Notes: generated by a model from the letters alone, not told the origin. 64,000 nt of DNA from Eledone cirrhosa (GCA_964016885.1 OZ024742.1:159402001-159466000), one strand, 5' to 3'; positions 39,734-56,414 are shown, numbered from the stretch's first letter. Translations and numbers: made by a program.

Positions 39734-40939
39734 AAGCAGGGACTAGAGAGAAAGGGCCTCAAAGTCAACATGACAAAGACTAAGGTCCTTATAAGTAGAC
39801 GAGAAAACAGAACCCAGATCCCCTCAGGGAAATGGCCTTGCTCAGTATGTAGGAAAGGTGTAGGTAGGAACTCCATTCTTTGCCCCAAATGCAAACAATG
39901 GGTACACAAGAGATGTAGCGGGATCTCAGGAAGCTTAATTAAGAATGTAGGATTCACATGCAGCAGCTGTGCTGAAACAGCAAGCAAACAGCCACAGGAA
40001 ACAAGTACCACCAATCTCTGGGAGGGCCCTGTAGAAACAGTAGACAGCTTCTGCTACCTAGGTGACCGAATTAGCAACGGAGGTGGGTGCTCAGAAAGTA
40101 CAATAACTAGGGTAAGAACGGGATGGAAGAAGTTTAGGGAACTACTACCACTGCTAGCTGCAAAAGGCTTCTCCCTCAGAATGAAAGGCAGACTGTATGA
40201 TGCGTGTATCCGAACAGCGATGTTGCATGGTAGTGAGACCTGGGCGCTGAAGGTGGAAGACTTACGTAGATTAGAGAGAAACGAAGCCTGCATGCTCCGA
40301 TGGATGTGTAACAGTAATATACGTGAACGACAAAGCATAAATGAATTGAGAGAGAGACTGAGCATAAGAGGAATCAAATGCTGCGTGCAGGAGAGGCGGT
40401 TACGCTGGTATGGACATGTGATGCGTATGAAGGATGACAGCTGCATAAAAAGGTGCAGAGCACTAGAAGTTGATGGAAACCGCGGAGTGGGGAGACCCAA
40501 GATGACTTGGGATGAGGTGATAAAAGCCGACCTTACCCAACTACACCTCTCAAAGTCAATGACACACGACCGTGACTTCTGGCGTCACGCAGTAATACAG
40601 GGTACCCGACCTCCCATGGGTACATGCTGAAGCATATAAACAATATGCCCCCCCCCCCCCCCACCGCAAGGTGGTCGTGGAGGTGCCACGGCAAAAAAGC
40701 ACCCAGCCCACACTGTAAAGTGGACGTGTAGGCGCCACGAAAAAGCACCCAGCACTCACTGTAAATGAGGTTGGTGTTAGGAAGGGCATCCAGCTGTAGA
40801 AATCAAGCCAGATCAGTTCCTGTATGAGCAAGGCATGGTCAGCCGACCAGACACTGCCCACAACAGGACAACCCGTCTAACCCATGCTAGCGTGGAAGAA
40901 CGGACGTAAAACGGTGATGATGATGATGATGATGATGAT
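39734..40939 (+). mobile_element. 5'-truncated RTE-type LINE copy, essentially identical to 42468-43667
   Basis: Starts at KQGLERKG; same 3'UTR and (TGA)n tail. Confidence 0.9.
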
Positions 40940-40997
40940 ATATATTCATGTATATATATATATATATATTCATGTATATATATATATATATTCATGT

Positions 40998-43364
40998 ATA
41001 GCCTTCCCTAGTGAGGAATGTACATCCCAACATAGCTTAGTTGTCAGCGACCTCACGGTCAGAACTAGACGAGCCCTGAAACAGAGGCCAACCTGGAGAA
41101 GAAAGATCTGGAAGCTGAAAGTCCCCTCAACCAGTAACAGATTTAAAGATATTTTACTCAACGCCTACGACAGTAAAGAAGAACAGATAGAGACATTTAA
41201 CGTAGAAGAGAACTGGGAGTTCCTAAAAAATAACTTACTAGAGGCGACGGATGAGGTTTGTGGCTGGAGTAAGACCTCAAGCAGGAGGAGAGTGACTTGG
41301 TGGTGGAACAATAAGGTAGATGAAGCAGTCAAGGCCAAGAGACAGGCATGGAAAGAATGGAAGAACGGGGGGAGCAGGGTACATTACATAGAGACCAAGA
41401 GGGAAGCTAGGCGACAAGTATACTTAGCTAGGAGGGAAGCAGAGGATAGAAAATTCAAGCATGTTTTACAACGTGAGGACCAGAAACAGGAGGTATTCAA
41501 GATTGCGAGGCAGTGTGTCAGAGATAGTTGTGATGTCATTGGAGAGAAGTGTATCCGGAATGATAAAGGTGAGCTTGCCCTCACAAGTGCTGAGAAGAAA
41601 GATGCATGGAAGAGTCATTATGATAGATTACTAAATGAGGAGAATGCATGGGAAGAAGAGACCCTACCCCACGTAGACCCTATAGAGGGACCAGCAGTAC
41701 AAGTCAGCGGCAGCGTAGTAAGTAAGGCAATCAGAGATATGAAGATAGGGAAGGCAACCGGTCCATCGGGTATAGCTGCCGAGATGCTGAAGGCATCTGG
41801 GTCTGTAGGTCACACTATAACCACACGTATCGTTAACCAGGTAATACTAGAGGGGGCCATACCAAAAGATTGGTGCAGTAGCATCATTGTCAACTGCTAC
41901 AAAGGTAAAGGCGATGCACTAGATAGAGGAAACTATAGAGGTATAAAGTTGATGGACCAGGTCATGAAAGTAACAGAAAGAGTTATAGCACAGCTGATTA
42001 GGGACCGGGTGAATATAGACGAGATGCAATTTGGGTTTGTTCCAGGGAAAGGCACCACTGATGCGCTCTTCCTTGTGAGGCAATTACAGGAAAAGTACCT
42101 AGCTAAAAGTAAGCCACTCTACTTGGCATTTGTCGACCTTGAGAAAGCCTTTGACAGAGTTCCACGTGCAGTAATCTGGTGGGCTCTTAGAAAACTAGGA
42201 GTAGATGAATGGCTTGTGAAAGCGGTACAAGCCATGTATAGGGGAGCAGTCAGCAAAGTTAGGATTGGCAATGAGTATAGCGAGGAATTTAGCGTACAGG
42301 TTGGGGTCCACCAGGTCTCTGTTCTTAGCCCTCTCCTGTTCATCATAGTCCTGCAGGCAATAACGGAGGAGTTTAAGACCGGATGCCCATGGGAACTCCT
42401 GTATGCTGATGACCTCGCACTCATAGCTGAATCTATGGTAGAACTAGAGAATAAATTCCAAACCTGGAAGCAGGGACTAGAGAGAAAGGGCCTCAAAGTC
42501 AACATGACAAAGACTAAGGTCCTTATAAGTAGACGAGAAAACAGAACCCAGATCCCCTCAGGGAAATGGCCTTGCTCAGTATGTAGGAAAGGTGTAGGTA
42601 GGAACTCCATTCTTTGCCCCAAATGCAAACAATGGGTACACAAGAGATGTAGCGGGATCTCAGGAAGCTTAATTAAGAATGTAGGATTCACATGCAGCAG
42701 CTGTGCTGAAACAGCAAGCAAACAGCCACAGGAAACAAGTACCACCAATCTCTGGGAGGGCCCTGTAGAAACAGTAGACAGCTTCTGCTACCTAGGTGAC
42801 CGAATTAGCAACGGAGGTGGGTGCTCAGAAAGTACAATAACTAGGGTAAGAACGGGATGGAAGAAGTTTAGGGAACTACTACCACTGCTAGCTGCAAAAG
42901 GCTTCTCCCTCAGAATGAAAGGCAGACTGTATGATGCGTGTATCCGAACAGCGATGTTGCATGGTAGTGAGACCTGGGCGCTGAAGGTGGAAGACTTACG
43001 TAGATTAGAGAGAAACGAAGCCTGCATGCTCCGATGGATGTGTAACAGTAATATACGTGAACGACAAAGCATAAATGAATTGAGAGAGAGACTGAGCATA
43101 AGAGGAATCAAATGCTGCGTGCAGGAGAGGCGGTTACGCTGGTATGGACATGTGATGCGTATGAAGGATGACAGCTGCATAAAAAGGTGCAGAGCACTAG
43201 AAGTTGATGGAAACCGCGGAGTGGGGAGACCCAAGATGACTTGGGATGAGGTGATAAAAGCCGACCTTACCCAACTACACCTCTCAAAGTCAATGACACA
43301 CGACCGTGACTTCTGGCGTCACGCAGTAATACAGGGTACCCGACCTCCCATGGGTACATGCTGA
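40998..43364 (+). CDS. RTE-type LINE reverse transcriptase, 5'-truncated open frame (APE domain almost entirely missing), with a PHD-like Cys/His finger after RT
   Basis: SQH end of APE; KATGPSG; NYRGIKL; QFGF; AFVDLEKAFDRV; LYADD (YADD 42402-42413); CSVC..CPKC..H..C..CSSC; RLRWYGHV; GRPK. Confidence 0.92.
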   Translation: MAFPSEECTSQHSLVVSDLTVRTRRALKQRPTWRRKIWKLKVPSTSNRFKDILLNAYDSKEEQIETFNVEENWEFLKNNLLEATDEVCGWSKTSSRRRVTWWWNNKVDEAVKAKRQAWKEWKNGGSRVHYIETKREARRQVYLARREAEDRKFKHVLQREDQKQEVFKIARQCVRDSCDVIGEKCIRNDKGELALTSAEKKDAWKSHYDRLLNEENAWEEETLPHVDPIEGPAVQVSGSVVSKAIRDMKIGKATGPSGIAAEMLKASGSVGHTITTRIVNQVILEGAIPKDWCSSIIVNCYKGKGDALDRGNYRGIKLMDQVMKVTERVIAQLIRDRVNIDEMQFGFVPGKGTTDALFLVRQLQEKYLAKSKPLYLAFVDLEKAFDRVPRAVIWWALRKLGVDEWLVKAVQAMYRGAVSKVRIGNEYSEEFSVQVGVHQVSVLSPLLFIIVLQAITEEFKTGCPWELLYADDLALIAESMVELENKFQTWKQGLERKGLKVNMTKTKVLISRRENRTQIPSGKWPCSVCRKGVGRNSILCPKCKQWVHKRCSGISGSLIKNVGFTCSSCAETASKQPQETSTTNLWEGPVETVDSFCYLGDRISNGGGCSESTITRVRTGWKKFRELLPLLAAKGFSLRMKGRLYDACIRTAMLHGSETWALKVEDLRRLERNEACMLRWMCNSNIRERQSINELRERLSIRGIKCCVQERRLRWYGHVMRMKDDSCIKRCRALEVDGNRGVGRPKMTWDEVIKADLTQLHLSKSMTHDRDFWRHAVIQGTRPPMGTC

Positions 43365-43667
43365 AGCATATAAACAATATGCCCCCCCCCCCCACCGCAA
43401 GGTGGTCGTGGAGGTGCCACGGCAAAAAAGCACCCAGCCCACACTGTAAAGTGGACGTGTAGGCGCCACGAAAAAGCACCCAGCACTCACTGTAAATGAG
43501 GTTGGTGTTAGGAAGGGCATCCAGCTGTAGAAATCAAGCCAGATCAGTTCCTGTATGAGCAAGGCATGGTCAGCCGACCAGACACTGCCCACAACAGGAC
43601 AACCCGTCTAACCCATGCTAGCGTGGAAGAACGGACGTAAAACGGTGATGATGATGATGATGATGAT
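43365..43667 (+). mobile_element. RTE 3'UTR and (TGA)n tail
   Basis: aggaagggcatccagctgtagaaa ... ggacgtaaaacggtgatgatg. Confidence 0.85.
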
Positions 43668-43699
43668 ATATATATATATTATATATATATTCATGTATA

Positions 43700-43745
<46 letters not shown>

Positions 43746-43763
43746 TGTATATATTTATATATA

Positions 43764-43801
<38 letters not shown>

Positions 43802-44005
43802 TGTATATATTTATATATATATATATATATATATTCATGTATATATTTATATATATATATATATATATATATTCATGTATATATTTATATATATTTATAT
43901 ATATATATTTATATATATTTATATATATATATATATATATATTCATGTATATATTTATATATATTTATATATATATATATATATATTCATGTATATATTT
44001 ATATA

Positions 44006-44043
<38 letters not shown>

Positions 44044-44253
44044 TGTATATATGTATATATATTTATATATATATATATATATATTCATGTATATATATTG
44101 TTATACTTTGGGAGGGCCATGTTGCCAATAAGAAACACACGCACCAGTTGCTTTCACTTCAATTTAATTTATTATATATTTATAAATTTACAAATTTATA
44201 AATTTCTGGTTGGTTGGTTGGTTCCACAACCAGATAGTTGTTTATATATATAT

Positions 44254-44298
44254 AGTCATAGTTCTTTCGTCACACACTCTGTGACCTCTTCAGTGACT
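44254..44298 (-). ncRNA. Minimal type I hammerhead ribozyme, family H, sense to the PLE at 44604-45070
   Basis: agtca CTGAAGA g-gtcaca-gagtg-tgtgac GAAA gaac TA tgact. Confidence 0.75.
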
Positions 44299-44344
44299 GG
44301 GGATTTCTTTCTTCGTTTCTGTGCCTTTCCTTTCTTCTATCCTA

Positions 44345-44400
44345 CGCCATTTTGTTTGTGTGTGGGTTGCGTGCTCAGTTTGCGCATGCGCCACATCCGG
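44345..44400 (-). promoter_or_regulatory. Candidate pLTR internal promoter (ETS-, NRF1- and YY1-like motifs)
   Basis: On - strand: CCGGATGT, GCGCATGCGCA, then CAAAATGGCG about 50 nt upstream of HHR H. Confidence 0.4.
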
Positions 44401-44603
44401 GTGTCTGTGTGTGTTTGTGTTCATTTTTCTATTTTTCTATTTATATTTTTCTATTTGTTTGTTTATTTATTTATTTATTGTTGGTTGGTTGTTTGTTCTA
44501 TGTGTGTGTGTGTTTTCATTTTGTCTTGTGTGTGTTTTCATTTTGTGTGTGTTTTCAATTGTAAGTTGTTTGTTCTATGTGTGTGTGTGTTTTCATTTTG
44601 TCC

Positions 44604-45070
44604 TTAATTGTAAGTTGTGATGTTGCTGTTCCACTCATATTTTCTATTTAATTTTGGTTTTAATTCTTTTATGCTTACTGCCTCTGTAATTTGCCTAAAC
44701 ATTGCGTCTTTCTTGTGTGTGGATTCTATTTTTATTTCTATGCTCTCTAATTTACCCCTGTGTTCTATCTTAGCATGTTGGTAGAGCACAGATGATTCTT
44801 TACTATCTTGGAGGTCTCGCCAGTGTTCATATATTCGTTCCCCTATACTACGAGCTGTCTCACCTATGTACACTATATTTTTGTTTCTACATTGTCCTTC
44901 AGTACATCTTATGCTATATACTACATTTCTAGTTTTACAGTTAATATGGGGGCTTATTTTACAGGTTATACATTTCTTATCTATACATGAGGGTCTTTGG
45001 AACGGGTATGTCTTGCTAATAAGTGTTTTTACGGAGGTACCAGGTCTAACAAATTCAGAAACGAAACATG
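44604..45070 (-). pseudogene. Penelope-like GIY-YIG endonuclease C-terminus, Naiad-like, 5'-truncated
   Basis: [22 protein letters not shown]....[17 protein letters not shown]...H..RQITEAVSI..LNRKYEW. Confidence 0.85.
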
Positions 45071-45194
45071 TATATATATTTATATATATATATATATATT
45101 CATGTATATATGTATATATATTTATATATATATATATATTCATGTATATATATTTATATATATATATATATATATTCATGTATATATGTATATA

Positions 45195-45230
<36 letters not shown>

Positions 45231-45292
45231 TGTATATATGTATATATATTTATATATACATATATATATATATTCATGTATATATGTATATA

Positions 45293-45336
<44 letters not shown>

Positions 45337-45383
45337 TATATATATATGAAATTTTGAATTGTTGTTATTATCAATAAATATAC

Positions 45384-45537
45384 TTCATTATTTCTGAAGA
45401 CGGCGTATATATGTGTTGGTATGTATATTTAATCTTGATAATTTGTATAATTTTGTATAATTTTGTACATAGATCTGTTGAATATGCATACCAATTCTAA
45501 CACATATATATCCTAGAAACGATCGTTAAATAATGAA
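45384..45537 (+). ncRNA. HHR family I with 115-nt stem II
   Basis: ttcattattt CTGAAGA [115 nt] GAAA cgatcg TT aaataatgaa; 10-bp perfect stem I; palindromic stem III. Confidence 0.7.
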
Positions 45538-45582
45538 CTTTTTTTGTTTAATATAAGGAATTGTTTATTCATTATTTGTTTA

Positions 45583-48175
<2,593 letters not shown>

Positions 48176-48521
48176 TCATCATCATAATCAACGTTTAACG
48201 TCCATGTTCCACGCTTGCATGGGTTTGGACGGGGGTTTTCCCACTTGAGGCAAGAGTGATTGTCTTGCTCGCATAGGACTGTCTGGCAGGTTTTCTACAG
48301 TTGGATGCCCTTCCATGCCCTTCCTAACACCAACCACATTTACAGTGTGGGTCTGGGAGGTTTTTACCGTGTTGCCTACACGGCCACATTACAGCGTGGA
48401 CTGTGTGTTTTTTTTGTCGTGACACCTACACGATCTCATCTGTTTCGGCCTGGATGGTGTGGCACCAACATAACTTTACAGAGAAGGGGGCGGTGTGGAT
48501 GGGGTGGGGGTGGTGGGACGG
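48176..48521 (-). mobile_element. Diverged RTE 3'-end copy running into the gap
   Basis: (CAT)n, aacgtcc..ttccacgcttgcatgggt, ttctacagttggatgcccttcc. Confidence 0.7.
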
Positions 48522-48721
48522 NNNNNNNNNNNNNNNNNNNNNNNNNNNNNNNNNNNNNNNNNNNNNNNNNNNNNNNNNNNNNNNNNNNNNNNNNNNNNNN
48601 NNNNNNNNNNNNNNNNNNNNNNNNNNNNNNNNNNNNNNNNNNNNNNNNNNNNNNNNNNNNNNNNNNNNNNNNNNNNNNNNNNNNNNNNNNNNNNNNNNNN
48701 NNNNNNNNNNNNNNNNNNNNN
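48522..48721. other. Assembly gap (200 N)
   Basis: N run. Confidence 1.
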
Positions 48722-48969
48722 CTGGAATGGAGTAAATATATTTTCCGAAGATCATAAAGAAAAGCATTCCGTCGTCAGGAAAGTCTCTTTTCGTGTAAGT
48801 TTCCAGGCATAGCGAGGACTCTGGAAAATTCTTTATAATTATCTCTAATTCATTTCCGTTTATCGTTTTCGGTGCACCCGGCCGATTAACCCACTCGATA
48901 TGCATATTGGGCTGCTCAGCCCAACCGTTAATATGCATAAGGTAAGTATATACGTTCAACAATCTGGCA

Positions 48970-49024
48970 GGAAGGTATACGTTGCTGACGATAGCTAACA
49001 AGCTTGAAACTAGTACAGCGTTCC
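48970..49024 (+). ncRNA. Type I hammerhead ribozyme, family A
   Basis: CTGACGA 48985-48991; GAAA 49006-49009; ctag TA cagcg. Confidence 0.85.
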
Positions 49025-49397
49025 TTTGTCAGTGTTGAACAAACGAGCAACGGTGGTTACTAGACACTACGGCTTAATACGGGATGTTTGTTTACAAACA
49101 CACCGAGCATTATAATAAATGTTCGGTGAATCCATACGTGCATATATATATATGTGTGCATGTATGTATATATATATATACATACTACTGTACGTCGGTA
49201 TACATATATATATGTATGTACGTGTACATACTTATATTTAAGTAACAGCCGTACTAAGAGTGGGAAATGAAATATCGTTTCATTTTTTCCGTTTATCGTT
49301 TTCGGTGCACCCGGCCGATTAACCCACTCGATATGCATATTGGGCTACTCAGCCATTAATATGCATAAGGTAAGTATATACGTTCAACAATCTGGCA

Positions 49398-49452
49398 GGA
49401 AGGTATACGTTGCTGACGATAGCTAACAAGCTTGAAACTAGTACAGCGTTCC
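49398..49452 (+). ncRNA. Type I hammerhead ribozyme, family A
   Basis: CTGACGA 49413-49419; GAAA 49434-49437; ctag TA cagcg. Confidence 0.85.
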
Positions 49453-49649
49453 TTTGTCAGTGTTGAACAAACGAGCAACGGTGGTTGCTAGACACTACGG
49501 CTTAATACGGGATGTTTGTTTACAAACACATCGAGCATTATAATAAATGTTCGGTGAATCCATACGTGCATATATATATGTGTGCATGTATGTATATATA
49601 TATATACATACTACTGTACGTCGGTATACATATGTACGTGTACATACTT

Positions 49650-51278
<1,629 letters not shown>

Positions 51279-51394
51279 TGTTGGAGGTGAGTTTTACTGT
51301 AGTACAATAAAGCAAGGCAGATATCGGATAAGTAGCACTCTACAGTTTGTAGGACTGGAGTATAAATAACATAAGATCAAAAGATGGTTCCATG

Positions 51395-51465
51395 TATTTT
51401 ATTATGCGCATTTCAAATACAAATATCATCATGAGATGATATTTGCGTTTTCGTCAGATTAAATA
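51395..51465 (-). ncRNA. Type I hammerhead ribozyme, family G
   Basis: tatttaat CTGACGA aaacgcaaatatcatc-tcat-gatgatatttgtattt GAAA tgcgca TA ataaaata. Confidence 0.8.
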
Positions 51466-51880
51466 GGGATACATGATATGAAGGTTAAAAAACACTTGTG
51501 AATAGTGAAGTTTTAAATCAACATATGAAAAGTAATTTAAGATTGATGTGTGATATTGGGAAAAAAATGAGGGCGGGGTTGGAAAGGAGGAAAAAGAGGA
51601 GGAGATGAGAGTAAAGAATGGTGGAGGAGGAGTATAATAAGGAAGGATGAGACAGGAGGAGAGATGGGTGATAGAAAGAGAGAGATAGATTTTATAATTG
51701 AGAAAAAAAAAATTGTTTCACAGAGAGAGGTTAAAAATCCGTTGAAAGATAATATATAATTTAAAAGAATTTGAAAATTGATGAAGAGAAAAAATTAAGA
51801 ATAATATTAAATTAAGGTTTGTATATTGAAGGGTTTAATGATATGTGCGATGAAAAGAAATTGTTAATATGTATTATTAA

Positions 51881-51926
<46 letters not shown>

Positions 51927-51928
<2 letters not shown>

Positions 51929-53365
51929 TACAATGGGTGCATCCGATTCATCGCAATTGACTGATTTAATTGGTATCTTTATTTTGAATTCTTTCATTCG
52001 GAAAATTCCTCAACTTTGCGGTAGAATTTATCGGAACGATGGACTTTTTACTATCTTAAATTACAACATAGTTAACCTTAATATTATTAAGAACAATATA
52101 CACGATCTCTTTAACCAAAATAACTTAAAAATTGAATTTGATAACAACGTCAAACTAGCTAACTTCTTGGATATACCCCTTAATCTTGACACTGGCCTAT
52201 ATTACCCTTACCATAAAAACAATGAGAATCTAAATTATGTTAATTTTAAATCTAACCACCCCACAAACATTAAAAATGCTATAGTTAGTAATATTGGAAA
52301 AAGAATATCAAACCTATCATCTAATAAACATATCTTTGATGCTAACGCCAATTACTATAATAATGCGCTTTCTAAAGCCGGTTATCCTGATAAAATCAAA
52401 TACAGTAAAGAAACCAATCCTAGAAGATCTTACAGTAAAATAATTAATTATGATCATTCCAATAACTTAAATAAAAGACCTAGATACAAAAATATAATCT
52501 GGTATAATGCTCCTTTCTCTATTTCTATTAATAATAATATTCCTAAATTATTCTTTAGTGCCTTAAATAAATGCTTCCCTCACATATCTATAGTAAAATA
52601 TTTAACAAACATACAATAACATTTTCTTATTCCACCTCCTTCAACATCTCCAACATTATCTATAAACACAACAATAAAATATTAAATACTAAATCTCTTC
52701 CTTCCAACACTGAATGTCATAATAATAGCAGTAGTACTCCCGACGTCATTGTTAACTCTAGGCTAGTTTCTGCAAACCCAAATACGACGTCAAACGTAAC
52801 TTCGTCAAATGTTCTTAATACCAATCTAAATCAGGAAACTATTATTCCTATCGTAAATAACTTCTCCAATCCAATTCCTCCTATAGATAACACTAGGTCA
52901 CTTGTTAATAACTCTGTTAATTTCTCTAATAGCAATTGTAATTGCCCTGTTAAAAATAAATGTCGTCTCAACAACCATTGTCTTGAAAAAAACTTAGTCT
53001 ATGAATGTAAAGTTATAACTGATACCAATTCCTTTACCTATTTCGGCTCCACTTCCACCTCATTCAAAGCTCGTTTTTATAATCACAATTCTTCTTTTAA
53101 ATACCAACTTAAAAGAACCAAAACGGCACTCTCAGAACTCATATGGTCCTTGAAAGACAAAAATATTAACTATAACATCTCTTGGAGGAAAGTTTGTTCT
53201 GCCTCTCCCTACTTGAATGCCTCCCTATCCAGAACGTGTAATCTTTGTTTATGTGCGAAATTTACCATTATATCTAATTTAGATTCTATAATAAATAGAC
53301 GCACTGACTTATTTTCTCTCTGCTTGCATAAATTCCACAGAACATTCCATGAAGTATACAGCTAA
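51927..53365 (+). pseudogene. PLE RT (from motif B') + thumb + GIY-YIG, Hydra-clade-like; frameshift near 52580
   Basis: ITMGASDS; IYRNDG (expected YRDD); NFLDI; SNHP; IIWYNAPF; CNCPVKNKC; LVYEC..TYFGST..FKAR..H; CNLC; CLH. Confidence 0.9.
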
Positions 53366-54184
53366 TATCTAATACCTTACCAGTTTAAAATCCTTTTTCT
53401 CAAAGGCTTATATATATATTTCTTTAAAAATATACCCATCTTTCTACCTTATTTCAATATTATTTATTATACATTATATAATACTAGTTACTCATTCTAT
53501 TTATCACTTTCCTTTCTTCCTCTTTTCTTTTAATTTCTAACCTCTAATCTGTACTTTTTCTTCCTAAATACTTCTCAATTCTTATTATTACTCACTACAA
53601 CATATCCACTCTTCCATCTTTCTTCATATCATTGGCCATAAAATGTATTATTACCTTTTAAATACTTTATCGCATTACCTTTAAAAATCCTTCGTAAACA
53701 TAAACATTTTTTTGACGTTAGATTATTCCTCCTCAGTTCATTATATTTTTCTCCCTTTCATGCTTGTCTGACTTTTACATATTACATATCACAATACATA
53801 AAAACAAACTTAAACCCTAACTAATCTCCTTTATTACATTATATTATTACCATTAGAAAATACTTCACAAACATATATATTTTGATGTTAGAGTCTTCTC
53901 TTCCTTAAACACTATTTTCTTCTTTGCTTTCTGCGCTCATTTGTAAACAAACTATTTACATATATTACGCATACATATTACACTACATAAAAACAAACTT
54001 AAACACTAACTAATTCCTCTAAATTCATAATTCATCCACTCTTCTACTTCTTTTCACCTTATATCCTGAATAACATTAATATTTTAATTTTAATAATACA
54101 TATTAACAATTTCTTTTCATCGTACATATTATTAAACCCTTCAATATACAAACCTTAATTTAATATTATTCTTAATTTTTTCTC

Positions 54185-54189
<5 letters not shown>

Positions 54190-54216
<27 letters not shown>

Positions 54217-54425
54217 TTCATTTTACGTCCGCTTTTCCCTGCTTGCAAGGGTGGGACGGGAACTGATTCTGGCTTGATTTCTACAGCTGGATGCCCTTCC
54301 TAACACCAACCTCATTTACAGTGAGTGCTGGGTGCCTTTTTTACCGTGGCACCTCCACGATCACTTTGCAGTGGAATGATATGGACCCCAGTCCCTATCA
54401 TCTCATTTCTACAGCTGAGTAAACT
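54190..54425 (-). mobile_element. Short RTE-tailed insertion in the PLE 3' pLTR
   Basis: (CAT)n tail; shares ctggcttgatttctacagctggatgcccttcctaacaccaacctcatttacagtgagtgctgggtgc with the RTE 3'UTR; tcatca at both junctions. Confidence 0.75.
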
Positions 54426-54740
54426 CATCAATTTTCAAATTCTTTTAAATTATATATTATCTTCCAACGGATTTTTAACCTCTCTCTGTGAAACAATATA
54501 TATATTTTTTTCTCAATTATAAAGGCTATCTCTCTCTTTCTATCACCCATCTCTCCTCCTATCTCATCCTTCCTTATTATACTCCCTCCCCACCATTCTT
54601 TACTCTCATCTCCTCCTCTTTTTCACCCCCCCCCCAATTTTTTCCCCAATATCGCACATCAATCTTAAATTACTTTTCATATATTGATTTAAAATTTCAC
54701 TATTCACAAGTGTTTTTTTAACCTTCATATCATGTATCCC

Positions 54741-54811
54741 TATTTAATCTGACGAAAACGCAAATGTCATCTCATGATGATATTTGTTTTTGAAATGCGC
54801 ATAATAAAATA
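54741..54811 (+). ncRNA. Type I hammerhead ribozyme, family G
   Basis: tatttaat CTGACGA aaacgcaaatgtcatc-tcat-gatgatatttgttttt GAAA tgcgca TA ataaaata. Confidence 0.82.
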
Positions 54812-55658
54812 CATGGAACTCTTTTAACCATCTTTTGATCTTATATTATATATATATATTATATATATATATATTATATATAACGGTTTTCTGCTGTTTC
54901 CCCTCAACCAAATTTCACTCACCAGGTATTGATTAACTTGAGGCTGTAGCAGAAGTCACAACCCCAAAGTGCCGCGCAGCAGGGCTGAACCAAGAACCAC
55001 GAAGTTGCGATATGAACTTAATAATCGCATAGACACGCACACGCACGCACGCATATATACAGGCAAACAGAAATAACAAAGCAAACGACACAGTACAACG
55101 AAGAAATATATTACTAGTTTTACTACTTTTCAAAGATGAGTTTTCTGTCGACGGTGTTCTATCTCTCTGTTAAAGTATAGTAAAGAAACCGAATATTAAA
55201 GGACCCATTATTTTTCAGACAGACAATACTATGTAGATAAAAACAAAGATAATAATTCTAAACATTGGTTAACAAAGGTTGTTGTTCTTAGATGAGAATA
55301 AACACTTTAAAACAAATAGTATTGTATAATATAGAGAACATGGTAATAATATAGTCTATGTGATGTTAATGTTTTAGTGTAATACGTAGATAAAACAGGT
55401 TGAAGTGTGAAACTGGAGAGTGAAAGAATAGGAGGAAGAGCGAAAGAGAATATCACGTGACCGAAAAAGCAGACGACATCGTTAATGTCTCTCAAGTTTT
55501 TCAAATAATTGTCGAATAAAAACAATACTGATCAAGAAAATAGTTGCAATGAATAACACCACTGCTAAACATATTATTTTTTTGAAATTTGTTTTACACT
55601 TTTCAATAAATATTGCTTTGTATAAGCACCATGAAATTTGAAAAGAAAGTTTAATTAT

Positions 55659-55843
55659 AATTGTTTCTACTTTTGGCACAAGACCAGCAAAAACCCCAGA
55701 GCATTACTGGTACTTTATTTTATCGACCCCGTAAGGATGAAAGGCAAAGTTAACCTCGGCGGGATTTGAACTCAAATTGTAAAGGGACATAACTCTATGC
55801 TGGAAAACATGGCGCCCGACTCTCTACCGATACTGCCAATCCA
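55659..55843 (-). mobile_element. SINE family 1
   Basis: Near full-length copy. Confidence 0.8.
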
Positions 55844-56414
55844 ATTATATGTATGACGTAGTGCCTAATATTACCCACAATGGCAAAAGTACACTTTCAA
55901 AACCATTCGTTATATGACGGGTTACACTCTAATATAGATTATCCGAAAAATTAATAAGCGTGTGTATGTGTGTGTAGGGGGGGGGGGGTGCATTATTCGA
56001 AAGTATGGGAATTAAGTTGGATCGTTGTGAAGCTTGAAGTGTTTATATAAATACCATATCTTTCTACAAAACTTATTCCACATAAAAAAGCACTTACTCG
56101 TCAGACCATTCTTTTGAAGCTTGGGGTGTCTTTTTTTTTAACGTAGCCAAGCATTTGTCACAATGTTTTCTCGCCACTAAGTAATGTAAGTAAATTATTT
56201 ACCTTTATGAAGATTTACCGTTATGAAGATTTAATAAAATATATCTAAAATAAGTCTATTTTAACTGTTGACTTTCAAAATTCTAACCTTTCCAGTGAAA
56301 TACAGTTTGATGCCAAACTATCCGAAATTCGTTCTACAATACAGAACTATTTTAAAGTGTTTCAATTTATCTATCATAATGGTAGGAAAAAACGTTTATT
56401 ATATTATGTTCCAA

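Larger units (their letters stand above)
51279..54850 (+). mobile_element. Penelope-like element: inverted 5' pLTR + truncated ORF + 3' pLTR, in (TA)n
   Basis: 51370-51887 is the reverse complement of 54093-54850 apart from an insert at ~54190-54425; HHR G in both arms. Confidence 0.88.
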
